From positions 1-64,000 of the IMG/VR virus record IMGVR_UViG_3300035703_000036: DNA of 64,000 nt; one strand, given 5' to 3'. The notes beneath the pieces were generated by a model. That model saw only the letters and a list, made by a program, of their open reading frames with translations, did no database searches and had not been told where the DNA came from. Shown here in pieces: positions 36,937 through 49,500 of this stretch. Source of the stretch: a virus. The first letter of the stretch is position 1, and each line of letters opens with the position of its first letter. A program made the position numbers and the translations under genes.

Positions 36937-38316
36937 ATGGCTTTAACTCAAGACGAAAGAATCGCTTTATCTAAAAAAATTATCGACATTCCTAGGGAAA
37001 ATGCTCAGGCCGATTTGATTAAAGATCAAATTAACGAAGGACTGATTAAAGCCCAGAATCAAGATAGTGCTAATAAATCGTTGCAAGACGATAAGACTTC
37101 CCTTATTAATGGATATCAATTAGAAATTACTAGGTATGATGGAAATACTAGAACAACAGTTCTTGAGCAAGATATCATTGACTCGGCAAATAAAATTAAA
37201 CAAAACGCTTTTTTCCCTAATGATTTATCCATTCCTTTGCCATCCGTAGCTGATGGGGTTTGGAAAAATTTCATTCCTTTTAGTAGAGGTAAGGCAATAG
37301 GTAAAAATTATTTAGAAGTCTATCCTTCAGTGATTCAGAAAGAGCAAGATCTTATTAATATTATAAATGGCTACATTTCTACTATGGAAACCTATTCTGG
37401 AATCGGAAGAAGTACAGGGCAAAAATGCACCACAACTAGCGGCTCCTGCTCCTTGCCGATTTACACTACTCAGCCTACTTGTGTTGCTGGCGGAGGGATT
37501 TGGACAGCGGGTTCAGACGTTATTGCTGCCGATCCATTAATTCAAGCTACGGCTACTTCTTTGGTTACAGCTATAAATGACTGGAAAACTTTTATTCAAG
37601 CAACCGACGCCGTTATTATCACGACAGATCCTAATTCTACAAGGCAAAATCAAAACAATATTTCAAAAAACAATATTTCAAGTACGGTTGTAGTTATTAA
37701 TAATTGGTCAGCTTTGCCTAATTTTGATACTTCTCATGGACAGACAACTTGTGTTGGATTTAACTCCTATGACCCAAATTTATTGGCAGCTACAAAATTC
37801 AGATCTGCCGAATTGCAACTAATCAAAAATCAGATAACAAATAGAGCGAATTTTATTGTCACAAGAATTTCGGAAATAAATGTTAATTTAGGATCAATTA
37901 ATCAAGATATGTCTAATGGGTCATTAATATCTGCTTCTGGATTGTACGGAGATAGGCTAAGAATAATTGATTTAAGACTTAATTTAATGTCCGGATCTTT
38001 AAATAAAGTCTATGCGATACAAAGAGGTCAAGGCGCTCAAGATGAGTTAAAATCTTCAAATGCAAATGCTCTTCTTGTATATTCTTCTGTAATGGTGGCT
38101 TCTGCTTTTAAAGCCCCATCAATAGGATCTGATAAAATTCATCTTGAAAGTATTACAGGACTTAACGTAGGAGATTCGGTCTATGTAGTTGCTGAAGATC
38201 AGCAGGAAATTTCCGCTGATATTTTGGCTATTTCTGGACTAATGGTAACTCTAAATAAGGTTATACCTCAAAAATACACCAGATCAAATAGATCCAGACT
38301 ATACAAAATAGTCTAA
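36937..38316 (+). CDS. putative virion structural protein
   Basis: 459-aa ORF preceded by the AATCTTTA motif; helical body with a CSLP.YTTQ.TC...GG.W insert. Confidence 0.65.
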   Translation: MALTQDERIALSKKIIDIPRENAQADLIKDQINEGLIKAQNQDSANKSLQDDKTSLINGYQLEITRYDGNTRTTVLEQDIIDSANKIKQNAFFPNDLSIPLPSVADGVWKNFIPFSRGKAIGKNYLEVYPSVIQKEQDLINIINGYISTMETYSGIGRSTGQKCTTTSGSCSLPIYTTQPTCVAGGGIWTAGSDVIAADPLIQATATSLVTAINDWKTFIQATDAVIITTDPNSTRQNQNNISKNNISSTVVVINNWSALPNFDTSHGQTTCVGFNSYDPNLLAATKFRSAELQLIKNQITNRANFIVTRISEINVNLGSINQDMSNGSLISASGLYGDRLRIIDLRLNLMSGSLNKVYAIQRGQGAQDELKSSNANALLVYSSVMVASAFKAPSIGSDKIHLESITGLNVGDSVYVVAEDQQEISADILAISGLMVTLNKVIPQKYTRSNRSRLYKIV

Positions 38317-38621
38317 TCCTGATTTAAATCTTCGCCCATGTACTTTAAATTTTCGTATTTTTGATAAACTTTATTTTTTATTTTTGCGTATTCTTTTTCA
38401 TAATAATACTGATCTATTTTTCCGCCACTTTTTAGCTCAGCATCTAGTTTCAAATACAGAAAAGCGCACTCTTTTTCATAAACATCTTTTAAATAATTTT
38501 CTACAACTAAAAGAAGTTTATCTTCGGATAGCTCACTATATCCGTTGTGCTTTTTAAATCTTTCGTAAAATAAATCTACGTAAAGTTTAAAGTCAATTGG
38601 ACGGAAATCGTTTTTCGACAT
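38313..38621 (-). CDS. hypothetical protein
   Basis: Overlaps the upstream minus-strand gene. Confidence 0.55.
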   Translation of the reverse strand: MSKNDFRPIDFKLYVDLFYERFKKHNGYSELSEDKLLLVVENYLKDVYEKECAFLYLKLDAELKSGGKIDQYYYEKEYAKIKNKVYQKYENLKYMGEDLNQD

Positions 38622-39171
38622 AATTTTTCTCTAAAGCAGCATCAAAAAGTTCATCCAGATAATACTGGTAATGTTCATTTAAACAGTAATCACTAATTTG
38701 AATCGGGTGCATTAAAGAAGAAGGGCAGTAATCCGGTAACATTCCTCTAACTTTAATTAAGCCTAGTTTCATTAAAAAAGCCTCAATTTCTCCCCATAAA
38801 TCACCTCTTTGTTCGGCGGTATGAGGTCTATTTAAGATACAATGACCAAGCTCATGAAACATCAAAGATACTCTTTGTTCGCTAGATTGATTTTTTTCCC
38901 ACCAATCTTTATTGATATGAATTTCCTTGATCCAAGGGTAGCATGTTCCTATTACATTTTGTTCGTCATTAAAAGATCTAAAACCAATTGTTAAATTTTT
39001 TAGATGAGCCGGCTTAATCCTACCTCTTGACACAAAAACAAATTCTTTTACATAGCTAGAAGCTTCTTCGTCGATTTTGTCATATCTTTTTTTAAATACA
39101 ATTTTATTTGAACAAGAAGTGCTAAATAACATCAATATCATGAAAATAATAATTTTAATTCTATTTACCAC
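38593..39171 (-). CDS. lipoprotein zinc metalloprotease (metzincin-like)
   Basis: Lipobox-like FSTSC; HELGHCILNRPH; Met-turn SSLMHP. Confidence 0.75.
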   Translation of the reverse strand: MVNRIKIIIFMILMLFSTSCSNKIVFKKRYDKIDEEASSYVKEFVFVSRGRIKPAHLKNLTIGFRSFNDEQNVIGTCYPWIKEIHINKDWWEKNQSSEQRVSLMFHELGHCILNRPHTAEQRGDLWGEIEAFLMKLGLIKVRGMLPDYCPSSLMHPIQISDYCLNEHYQYYLDELFDAALEKNYVEKRFPSN

Positions 39172-39312
39172 ATCTTTTCCTTACTTTTCTGCAATTTTGA
39201 CAAGTGTTAGATCTACTTCCGTGTTTGTTATACCAAGTATGTCCAAAAAGATGACACTGACTCTTTTTAAGAGCCACAAAACATATTATTAAACCTAATA
39301 TTTTTGTTAATG

Positions 39313-40503
39313 TCATAAAATCTTTGTTGCAATATCAGCCAATTCTGATCGCTCCCCTTTTGTCAAAGTAATGTGAGCCGCTATTTTTTGATCTTTAAAT
39401 TTCTCAATCACGTAACTTAAGCCATTATTTGTAGCGTCCAATCTAGGATTGTCAATCTGATCAGGATCTCCAGTTAAAATTATTTTCGTTCCTTCACCAA
39501 CTCTTGATATAATTGTCTTAACTTCGTGTTTTGTTAAATTTTGAGCTTCATCTATGATTATATATTGTTGAGGAATACTTCTTCCTCTGATATAAGTCAA
39601 AGCTTCAATCTTCATTAGTCCATCATTTTCTAGATCTTTGTAAGCATCGGCTGTGCTAACTTTTTTATCGGTGTCAAACAAAAGTTCAAGATTATCAAAG
39701 ATAGGCTGCATCCAAGGGCCCATTTTTTCATTTATATCGCCAGGCAAATATCCAATATCATTTCCCATTGGAACCACAGGTCTAGATACTAAAAGTTTTC
39801 TATACTTATTTTCCGATATAGTTTTTTCAAGACCTGCCGCTATTGCTAGTAAAGTTTTCCCAGTTCCTGCTTTTCCGCTAAGGGTAACAAGCTTAATATT
39901 ATCATCCATTAAGGCATCGATAGCACATCTTTGCTCTAAATTTTTATGCTTTATTCCCCATATTGATCTGTCTTTGCCTAGAGATTTATAAATCTCTCCA
40001 GTCCATCTTTCGAGTTTTCCACCACTTACAATGTATTGGTTAGGAAATTCAGCATTTAGTGTTGCTGCGGTTTCTAAATCAAAAAACTCCGGTTCTTTTA
40101 CAATTCCCGTATATTGCTCTTGCTCTTTGGCCAAGAATATATCGTTATGAGTTTCTGTTACAACTTCCATACAAGTAGCCATAATTTGCATAAGAATATC
40201 GTTGGTTAATAATGTAACCTCTTGAGATCCCGATATTTCTTGGGCTAAATTAATAATTTTTTGATCATTATTTTCGCCTTCTCTAGGCTTACCAAGTGAA
40301 ATTTTTCCTGTTTTTTCTTTTATTTTGCAATCTAATTGTCTTACAAATTCTCTAACATTTCTAGCTTTTTCGTCCGTGCCTACTTTAAATTTATCCAATT
40401 CCATTAAAACTTCGTAAGGTATAACGATCTCATCTCCAATTTTATTTAAAACATAAGGATCTGAAATTATTACATTTGTATCAAGCACATAAGCTTTTTT
40501 CAA
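39313..40503 (-). CDS. phoH: PhoH-family ATPase with an N-terminal PIN domain
   Basis: YVLDTNV, ELDKFK and LLTND (PIN); GKAGTGKT, IGYLPG, RGRSI, IIDEAQN and GDPDQID (PhoH). Confidence 0.92.
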   Translation of the reverse strand: MKKAYVLDTNVIISDPYVLNKIGDEIVIPYEVLMELDKFKVGTDEKARNVREFVRQLDCKIKEKTGKISLGKPREGENNDQKIINLAQEISGSQEVTLLTNDILMQIMATCMEVVTETHNDIFLAKEQEQYTGIVKEPEFFDLETAATLNAEFPNQYIVSGGKLERWTGEIYKSLGKDRSIWGIKHKNLEQRCAIDALMDDNIKLVTLSGKAGTGKTLLAIAAGLEKTISENKYRKLLVSRPVVPMGNDIGYLPGDINEKMGPWMQPIFDNLELLFDTDKKVSTADAYKDLENDGLMKIEALTYIRGRSIPQQYIIIDEAQNLTKHEVKTIISRVGEGTKIILTGDPDQIDNPRLDATNNGLSYVIEKFKDQKIAAHITLTKGERSELADIATKIL

Positions 40504-40866
40504 TTTTTTTCCCCTTTTAAGAGTTTTAGTTTAGGTCTAGGACGGTACAAGATTAATGATTTAGTAATAGAAAATAAGATTAAATTAAGGGCAAAAATGT
40601 TTGGTAAAATAATTAAAATTACAATAAAATCAATCATTTAGATCCTTAACGAGTTCCTTTTTTAATTTTTTTCTGTCGTATTCTTTATCTGATTTTATTG
40701 TTTTATTAGGAGGCATCTTAACGCCTCTCGTCTTTATTTTAGGTAATTTAATTTTTATGCTCTTAAATTTTCCCATATACTCCTAAAATAAAGATTGCGA
40801 GTCACAATCTTTACATTGATATCAATATATTACCACTCTTATCACTTAAATCAATCGGAAATTTTA

Positions 40867-43515
40867 ATGGCAAAGGGATTATTTCCAAATCTTAATAATA
40901 GTATAAATAAAGCCTTGGGTATTCAAGGGTCTACTAATATTGGAACTAATAAAAAAGCGCCTTGGGAAAATTGGAACGGCTCTAATACTGATGGCGATAT
41001 TTTTTTTAGTCCTTGGGTTATTAAACCTGAAAGATGGAATAAAACTTTTCCATATAGGTTATTAGTTTATGACGTAAGTAAAGGCGCAATAGTTGCCGGA
41101 TCTAGTGGATCTGGAAATGTTACTAATGAATACTCATACTTAGAAGGTAATGGATTTATTCTTTCTCAAGAGGCTGCTGATCCAAATTGGATTTATAATT
41201 TTCAATTAACTCCTCAGCAATTCACTGTCGCCGATCAATATTCAATAAATACTACATCAACTATGAGAGGGATTGTAGAAGAACATAATGGTGTAAAATT
41301 TAAAAATGTAACTATAGCCGGTACTACGGGTGTGTGGCCTAAAAAGCCTACAATTGCTGGAACCCCAAAAGCTCCCTCGTTTTTAGGTAGCGCTTTAGGC
41401 GGAACTTTAGAAGCTACAAAAAAACTTAATGAATCTTTGTCAAGAATTGCAAATGCCGCTACCGGAAAACATCCAAGCGGTTCTACAAATTGGGATAAAC
41501 CTGAAGATTTAGGACAAATACAGTCTACTGGATATTACCAAGCTTTATTGTTAAGTCAATTTTTAGAAAGATATGCTCAAGCAAAGAAGAATCCAGAAAA
41601 TAAATCTTGGAGATTAGTTTTAGATAATCCAAAAGAAAATCAATCTTTTGTTGTTACGCCTATAAATTTTTCTTTACAAAAAAACCAACAACATCCTCAC
41701 ATGTATAATTACAGTCTTCAATTGAAGGCTTGGAAAAGAATCAATTTAAGCATACAACCGATTGATCCTCCTACTTTTCAAGGAATTGATGCTAATTTCT
41801 TGCAAAGAATGAACTCTACAATCAGAGAAACCAGAAGAGCCTTATCTAATTCTATTAATCTTATAAAAGCAGTCAGAGGTGATTTTCAAGGGCCTTTAAA
41901 TACTTTAAGACAAACAGCTTTGGCCGTAAAAGATCTTGGCGGATTAGCGTTCACAGCCGCAGATTTGCCTCGACAAATTCAAAATGATTACAAAAGCTCT
42001 CTAAAAGACGCTTTATACATAACTAGAAATTCCTTCAAAAGAGATTCTACACAAAGAGCTAATCAAGGTACAGGCGGCGCAAGCTCATCTTCTTTAAAGA
42101 ATTCCAGCTCTACTGTTAGAGCGGCAGCGGCAGTTAGCGCGATCACTTCGGATAAACTGACTCATGAAGGAGTTTCAGATTCTTTCGTTGCTTCAGGCGC
42201 GTTGGGAGTGGGAGCTTCTCAGTTAAATCAAGTAGATCCTTTAAATAACATATTTCAAAATCCTGAAGAAAATTTTGAGTTATTTGATTCGGTTAATCTA
42301 GACTCCTTAACTTTAACCCCAGAACAGACTCAAAGAATTGAAGATGAAATAGAAAATATTAGACTTATAAATATCGATGATCTAAGAAATTTCAGAAATA
42401 CAATAGAATCTCTTGCGTATGATATTGCAAATAATTTTGGAGCCGGAGATAGTACTTACGCGTATGTCTACGGTAAGCCTACGCCTAAAACAAGAATTTT
42501 TGAAATGACTACAGAAGAAAACGAGCTTTTAACTTATTTATATGAAACTATACAATGTTACGATGTATTGACAGCAACATTATCTTGGGATGATATTAAA
42601 ATTGAATCTCCTCTAGGATATGTTGGCGGAATAGCTAAAGATGCAGGTTTAACTTTTAATGATTCTTCATCAAAATTCCTAGTTCCTGTGCCATTTGGAC
42701 TAACTATTGAGGCAATTGCAGCCAGATATCTTGCAAATCCTGACAGGTGGATAGAAATAGCTACTTTAAATAATTTAAGATCTCCATATATTGATGAAAC
42801 CGGCTTTACTTATAGCTTCTTATCTAATGGAGATGGAAGACAGTTTAATGTTGACGACAGTTCGCAGAAGCTTTATATAGGTCAAAGAATAGTCCTTCAA
42901 AGCGATACCGTTCCTCAATTTATCAGAAATGTGGTATCAGTAGAAAAAATTAGCGATACTAATTATCTCATTACAGTGGATGGGTTGGCAAATTTAGATT
43001 CCCTAACTACAATTGGAAATGCCAGAATGAGGGGTTATTTGCCGGGCACTGTTAATAGTCAAAATCAAATATACATACCTTCTGATGCGCCTTCTGATCC
43101 TGACGATAGAGTTAAAAAAATAGATGCTTTTTCTGAAGATAAATTAGTTAAAATATCCAAAGTTGATTTTTTGATCACTGATGACGGAGATCTAGCTCTA
43201 AACTCTTTAGGAGAATTTAGACTTGCGGCCGGATTAAACAATCTAATTCAGGCTTTAAAAATAAAGGTAAAAACTAAAAAAAATACTTTATTAAATCATC
43301 TAGATTTTGGCCTAGGATTAACTCAAGGAATATCTGTGGCCGATATTGAGGCTGGAGAATTAATAAATGAATTCAATAGAATAATAAAACAAGATCCCAG
43401 ATATTCTAGAGTTTCTAGGATACAAATTAAAGTTCAGCCCCCACAAATAACTATCGATATGGCGGTAGAAGTGGCGAATGGCAACGGGGTAATTCCTATA
43501 AGTTTTACTGTTTAG
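40867..43515 (+). CDS. multidomain baseplate protein (tube-initiator-like N-terminus, LysM, C-terminal gp25-like)
   Basis: ATG at 40867; LTIEAIAARYLANPDRWIEIATLNNL (LysM/gpX-like); GLNNLIQALKIKVKT.K.TL..H.DFG...QDPR (gp25-like). Confidence 0.7.
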   Translation: MAKGLFPNLNNSINKALGIQGSTNIGTNKKAPWENWNGSNTDGDIFFSPWVIKPERWNKTFPYRLLVYDVSKGAIVAGSSGSGNVTNEYSYLEGNGFILSQEAADPNWIYNFQLTPQQFTVADQYSINTTSTMRGIVEEHNGVKFKNVTIAGTTGVWPKKPTIAGTPKAPSFLGSALGGTLEATKKLNESLSRIANAATGKHPSGSTNWDKPEDLGQIQSTGYYQALLLSQFLERYAQAKKNPENKSWRLVLDNPKENQSFVVTPINFSLQKNQQHPHMYNYSLQLKAWKRINLSIQPIDPPTFQGIDANFLQRMNSTIRETRRALSNSINLIKAVRGDFQGPLNTLRQTALAVKDLGGLAFTAADLPRQIQNDYKSSLKDALYITRNSFKRDSTQRANQGTGGASSSSLKNSSSTVRAAAAVSAITSDKLTHEGVSDSFVASGALGVGASQLNQVDPLNNIFQNPEENFELFDSVNLDSLTLTPEQTQRIEDEIENIRLINIDDLRNFRNTIESLAYDIANNFGAGDSTYAYVYGKPTPKTRIFEMTTEENELLTYLYETIQCYDVLTATLSWDDIKIESPLGYVGGIAKDAGLTFNDSSSKFLVPVPFGLTIEAIAARYLANPDRWIEIATLNNLRSPYIDETGFTYSFLSNGDGRQFNVDDSSQKLYIGQRIVLQSDTVPQFIRNVVSVEKISDTNYLITVDGLANLDSLTTIGNARMRGYLPGTVNSQNQIYIPSDAPSDPDDRVKKIDAFSEDKLVKISKVDFLITDDGDLALNSLGEFRLAAGLNNLIQALKIKVKTKKNTLLNHLDFGLGLTQGISVADIEAGELINEFNRIIKQDPRYSRVSRIQIKVQPPQITIDMAVEVANGNGVIPISFTV

Positions 43516-43544
43516 TGTTAATATTATGTAAATGAGGTTTATAT

Positions 43545-46500
43545 ATGGCTGATCAACCAAAAGTTAAAAGTAGAGAGCAAATTTTAGGAGAAATGTTAGC
43601 TACATTTTTGTCTAAAACAGGTATTAACGATCTTAACGTAGGGTCTGTTAACACTTCATTTTTTGAAACAATGGCTCAGGCTATTTATAGAGCTTCTGGA
43701 GATACCTTATCTATATTAAGAGATTTTTCAGTAGATAGAGCTACGGGCGAGGCTTTAAAAAGAATTGCTACAGAAGAAAGAATTTATCCAAAATCAGCAA
43801 GAGTGGCTACTGGAAAGGTTACTATTATTGATACTTCTTTTGAAAAAATTTCAACAAAAATTTATGCAGGAGCCAACTCTCCAAACGTAGGATCTTCAAT
43901 GATTCTAGTTTCTGACGCTTCTCTTTTTACTCCTGCTGGAGCTATCTATATTGGTAGAGGAACTCCAAATGTAGAAGGGCCTATTTCGTATTCATCAATA
44001 ACGCCAGTTGGAGGATATTATCAAATTAATTTATCTACTCCAACAACTAAATTTCATAATATATCTGAATCGGTAGTACTTTCTCAAGGTGGGCTTAGAA
44101 ATATTTCAGTAGGAACCTCAGTAAGAGCGCCGGCTACAGGCGATACTGATGATATCGTTTTTTCTGTAACATCTGCTGCTGTTATTTTGGACGGAGAAAA
44201 TCAAATTTCAAATGTTCCAGTCGCTGCTCAACAGCCTGGCACTGAAGGAAACGTTCCGAGAGGTGCTATTAGAGAGTTTGTGTCTCCTCCTTTTACTGGA
44301 GCTTCCGTTATCAATGAATCTCCTTTTTCTACTGGTAGAAATGAAGAAACCGATGAAGAATTAAGAGATAGAATTAAGAGATCTCGCATATCAAAAGGGC
44401 TAGGTACTTCTATTGCAATTAAAAATGCGGTACTAGGCGCTCAAGCTACAGATGAAAGCGCAGTAGTTTCATCAGACGAAATATTTTCTTTTGGATCAGA
44501 CAACACAGTTCTTTATGTAGACGATGGAACTGGATATGAAGAAAAATCTTCTGGAGTAGGATTAGAATTTATAATAGATTCAGCTCTTGGTGGAGAACAG
44601 TATTTTCAATTAGCTACTGGTGGTAGACAGACCTCTATTTCTAAAGCCACTTTAGAGTCTATTCAGGATGGGCCTTTTGATATTATTCCTACAGATAGAT
44701 TAGCTATTTTGGTCGGCGGAGTTTTAAGCGAACATATATTTAATTCAGGAGATTTTAGAAGTGAAGGTTTTGCTACGGCTTATGAAGTCGCAGCAAGTAT
44801 CAATTCAAATTCTTCTTTAACTTTTTCGGCTTCAACTTCTTCAAATGGAAAAAGAGTAACTATTCAGGCTAAAACCGAATCTAATGAAGAGCTTTTAATT
44901 ACATCTCCCACAACTGGAAGAAATGCCGGAATTGCTTTATATTTTCCTTCAAACGAAATTCAAACTTTAAGACTTTATAAAAATAATAAACCTCTAAGCA
45001 AAAACGGTCAATCTGCTATTATTGAAAGTAGAAATCAAAGCGATTGGTCTAGCACTATTGGATCAGGAGATACATTAATAATTTCTGTAGATAATACAGC
45101 TTCAATTACATATTCATTTACGGATGCTGATTTCCTAGCTGAAGGAAACTATATATCAGTAAATAAAAACAATTCCCTTCAATCTTGGATTAATGTTATT
45201 AATAAAAAAGTTACCGGAGTAACCGCTTCTATAGATGGAAATAAAATAAAAATAATATCCAATAAAGGCGCAAATTCTACGGCTGCTTTATCGATCGATG
45301 TATTATCAACTCTAGTAAGTAAAGGGATGTTTAGCGTATCTACAGGCCTAGTTTCTTCAGGAAAAGCTGCGGATTTTATCGTATCTAGAAATACAGCCCA
45401 AATCAAACTGACCAGCCCTTTAGAAGCTGGAGATAGCTTGGCGGCAGGTTCTGAATTTACAAAAGGATATATTTACAGTTCGCCTATTTTAGGCGGAAAT
45501 TTGACTTTAACATCTGATGCTTATTTGTGGCTACTAATAGATAATGCGGACGCTGAAATTATTAGTACTGGAGTAGTTGGAGATACATTAGTAGATGTTT
45601 CTAAACCTTTTGCCAATATAGTTAGATATACATCCAACTCACCTTCAGCATTTGCAAATGTGCAAGTTGGGGATACGGTTATTGTATGGTCTAATGAATT
45701 GAGCTTAGGAAATAGGCTTGAAGCTAAAGTTTACGCTAAAACTAATACTACTCTAGATATTAAGGTAACTTCAGCAGAATACGCTGCCGCTGTAGTGGAA
45801 TCTGCAATTGTTTTTAAAGAAGGTTTTGTAGTTATTAGAACAGACAAGGCTGTACAAAAAATAAAAATTGCTTCTGGGGCTTATAACATCAATACTATAG
45901 TTTCAATTATTAATTTACAATTAATAGGGGCTACATCTTCCGTAATTGGAGATGAGATTATTAATATTACGACTGATAGCGAAGATATCTATGGTTGTGT
46001 TTTATTGGTAGCTCAAAATGATGCTGGTAAAGGTCTTAATTTTACTTTAGCATCTTTTGCTAAAACTGAATTTTCTCAATTTGCTTTTTATGAAGCTAAA
46101 AATGCAGATAGCTATTTTCCGGCTTTTGTTCATTCTAAAATAACCGATGATAATTTTGCTGACGTACCAAATTCTTTTATCACAAGTTTTAATTCTGCCG
46201 TAGTATTAGCTTCTGAAAATATTGATCCTAATTTTATGGTCTGTCCAGTAAACCCTTTTAGCCCTGTTGCTGATAATATATCGGACAATGAATGTGTTCA
46301 AATTAAAAATTTAAGCTCTAATACTGTAAACATCAATCAGAGTCCTTTAATTAGAAGATTAAGAATAGACGATAGATTTTATGCCGCTCTTCCTTTTGAT
46401 TTTGGATATAATGATTCTGTTGTGGTAATTCTTGATGCTGACGCTACTAATAAAACTTTTCCTATACCGCTATATAGAAAAGCAATAGTGAATAATACTA

Positions 46501-49500
46501 TGCCTGTAAGCGCAAATAATTTCAGAGCCTATGATTCTGATTCTGGGCCTACTACTCAATTTTCTCAATTTTTTGGATCTTCTTATAGTTTTGATAACTA
46601 TAAAGTTCTAATGCAAGCTAAAAATGCTATCAATCCTGCTTCAAATACTATCAACGAAGACTCTATACTATTTAGAAGTGCTAGATGGGGAAAAGATGGA
46701 GAAAGAATTAATGTAGGATATTCTTATCCAACATCTTCTAATCTAGGTATTTCTCATACAATCATAGTTGATTCTATGATTAATATAAAAATATCTTTAA
46801 AATCAAACGGAATAATTCCAAATACTATTGATGGCACTACAGAATGGGATGTGACTGTAACGCCAAATACCCCTGTAGCAGGAGTTGATTCAGTTACCTA
46901 TTCTTGGAATAGTATAGGAACAGATCCTGCAATGACAACTCTAAGTCCTGATCACTACGTTACAATAAACTCTTTAGGAGATTTTAGTCCGGAAAATATC
47001 GGAACTTTTAGAGTAGACTCTGCCACTTCAACATCTTTTACAGTTTTAAGGCCTAATGGCGTAGCTGTAAATGAGTCTGCAATTGCAACTTTAACTACTA
47101 ACACCATTTCCTTATATCAGAATAATAGTACGACTGCTCAGGAAATTGTAAGTTATGTAAACTCAAATCTTTCTGATTATATCTCAGCGTCTATTCTTGA
47201 TGATAATGGAGTTTCTGGGGCTGGTATAATTAATAAAAGTACTTATGAAGATACCAATTTTGCTAATGAAGGCGTAGATTTATTTGATGGAATTAATTGG
47301 ATTCTTTCGACTAATCTGTCTGCTCTTTCTCCTAGTCAACAATTTTCTTTTAAAAAATCTTTAACCATACCTAGCATCAATACCGCTACATCGGGGGCTT
47401 ATAATTTTACGGACGGAGAAGAATTAAGACTTATTCCTACGACATCAAAACAAATTAGTGAATTAATATCTACTTTAGCCGTTTCAGGTTTTACAACTTT
47501 AGGATCTGTATCAAGTTCAAATAGAGAGAGTCAATTACAAATATCTAGTCAAATATTAGGATCTAACGGAGCCGTTCAGGTAACAGGAGGAACGGCTAAT
47601 TCTGTTTCTGCTCAAGTTATAGGGCAATCAAGCAAAGTTTCTGGAACTGACTATATTAACGTCTCAGTTTTAAGATCTCAAGCGTCAGGCTTGCATGTAG
47701 ATCAAATGGTTAAATTGAGCGCGTTCTATTCTCAGAAAAAAGAAACTGGAATTAGTGAGACAACAGGTGTTACAATATTAAATAATCAGCCGACATTAGG
47801 TCAGGCTATTGTTGAATTATCGAATAGAGAAGCTCAAGATAATTATTTTGGAATTCCAAAAAATTGTTTTAGAGATAGATCTAGAGCTTTTCATGTGGAA
47901 AAACAAGGGGCGTTAGTTTGCGTATCTTGGGATGAATCTACTGGAGGAAACCCGATTTTTAATAAATTAGTTGAAATAAATGACGGCGGCGGTGGATCTT
48001 TATCGGTAGATTTTGACGCTAATTTAGGCGTGACATATTACACTGTAGCTTCAGGGAATATTAGATTTTTTGAAGTAAATAAGGGTGACAAACTAACTAT
48101 ATCAGTACTAGCTGACGCTCAAAATAATGGAACTTTTAATATTTTAGGAGTTTCTGAAGACGGCCTAACGATCGCTACCGATAATACTTCAGGATTAGAT
48201 GCCTTACCTTCAGCAATAGCCCCAAATGATATCGCAATAAATACCGAAGTTCAAGAGGGTGATACAGTTTCTATTTCTTCTCCTTTTTCTATATTAAATC
48301 AAGGAAATTTTAGAGTTATTAGAAAATATCAAAATAGTTTTTATATTGATAACCCATCTGCTGTAGAAGAAAGAGTGATTATTTCTGATAATTTGCAATC
48401 GTTAAATTTCGATGCTACAACTCAGTTTGATGTTTCAATATCTGACGGATCAATGAAAATTTCTTGGAATGGAGTTGGAACTGAGCCTAGTTTAAACAAT
48501 GCTAAATTAGGAAATATTTTAAGAGTAGGATCTGCTTTTACGGCCAATAATCAAGGCGATTTCATGGTTGTTAGATCAGAAGGAAATCAGTATCAAAAAT
48601 TTGAAATAAATTGTTCTGATGCCGTTTCAATTACAAGCGGACAATATTTTACATTAGATCTTCCAAACGGCGGAACTTCTTATTACGCTTGGTTTAATAA
48701 AGACGGATCAGGCGGAAATCCTTTTCCAATTGGCAAAACAGATATATCTGGAGGATCTGGAATTGTAATTTCCACAGGCGATTCTTCTAGTATAGTAGCA
48801 AATGCAGTTCAGGCTGTTATTGATGCGGTTGTTGGTTTTACATCAACTGTTTCCGGAAATATTGTCACAACAATCTGTGACAATGCAGGGCCTACAATCA
48901 ATGCTGCAAATGTAGACGTTGGCGGAAGCTTCTCTATTGTAATTAAAAAACAAGGCGATTATCAGTTTATTGAATGTGCTAACGCAAAAGCTTTTGCTCA
49001 GTCCGGCATAATGGTATCGGGAGTAGGTCTAGATGTTTTAGAAAGTCATATTCCTTCTCTTATTTTTAGAGAATATGAAGCAGCTATAGCCGGAGATAAA
49101 TTTGTAGTATCAGGAAGCGTATTAGGCTCAAACAATATTTCAGACTATACAATTTATGAAGTTTTAAGTAAAAATAAGATAGTAGTAAGTTCGAATATGG
49201 ACGAAGTAGAAAGTCTAGTTTTAAATTCTGACTATATTCAAGTTTATGTAGAGGAACAAAATCCTTACATTGGTTATAAAAAAATATATTCCATGCTAGT
49301 AGATCCTAGCAATTCAAATAGAATGAATTTAATTTTTGATACAAACAATCAAAGATTAAAAATTAATGACGTAGGAGAAGTTACAATATCTGCAATTGGC
49401 AAGCTATCTTTTTCTGAAGTCGTTAAAAAAGGTCTAGATTCATACCGTTATAATACAGGATTAATTGCCGAAGCAAATAGAATTGTGTACGGAGATCCTA

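Noticed and set aside
6915-39171. Host guess (diderm, possibly Bdellovibrionota-like) from signal-peptide style and lipoproteins
   Set aside because: An impression only; needs protein best-hit taxonomy or CRISPR spacer matches
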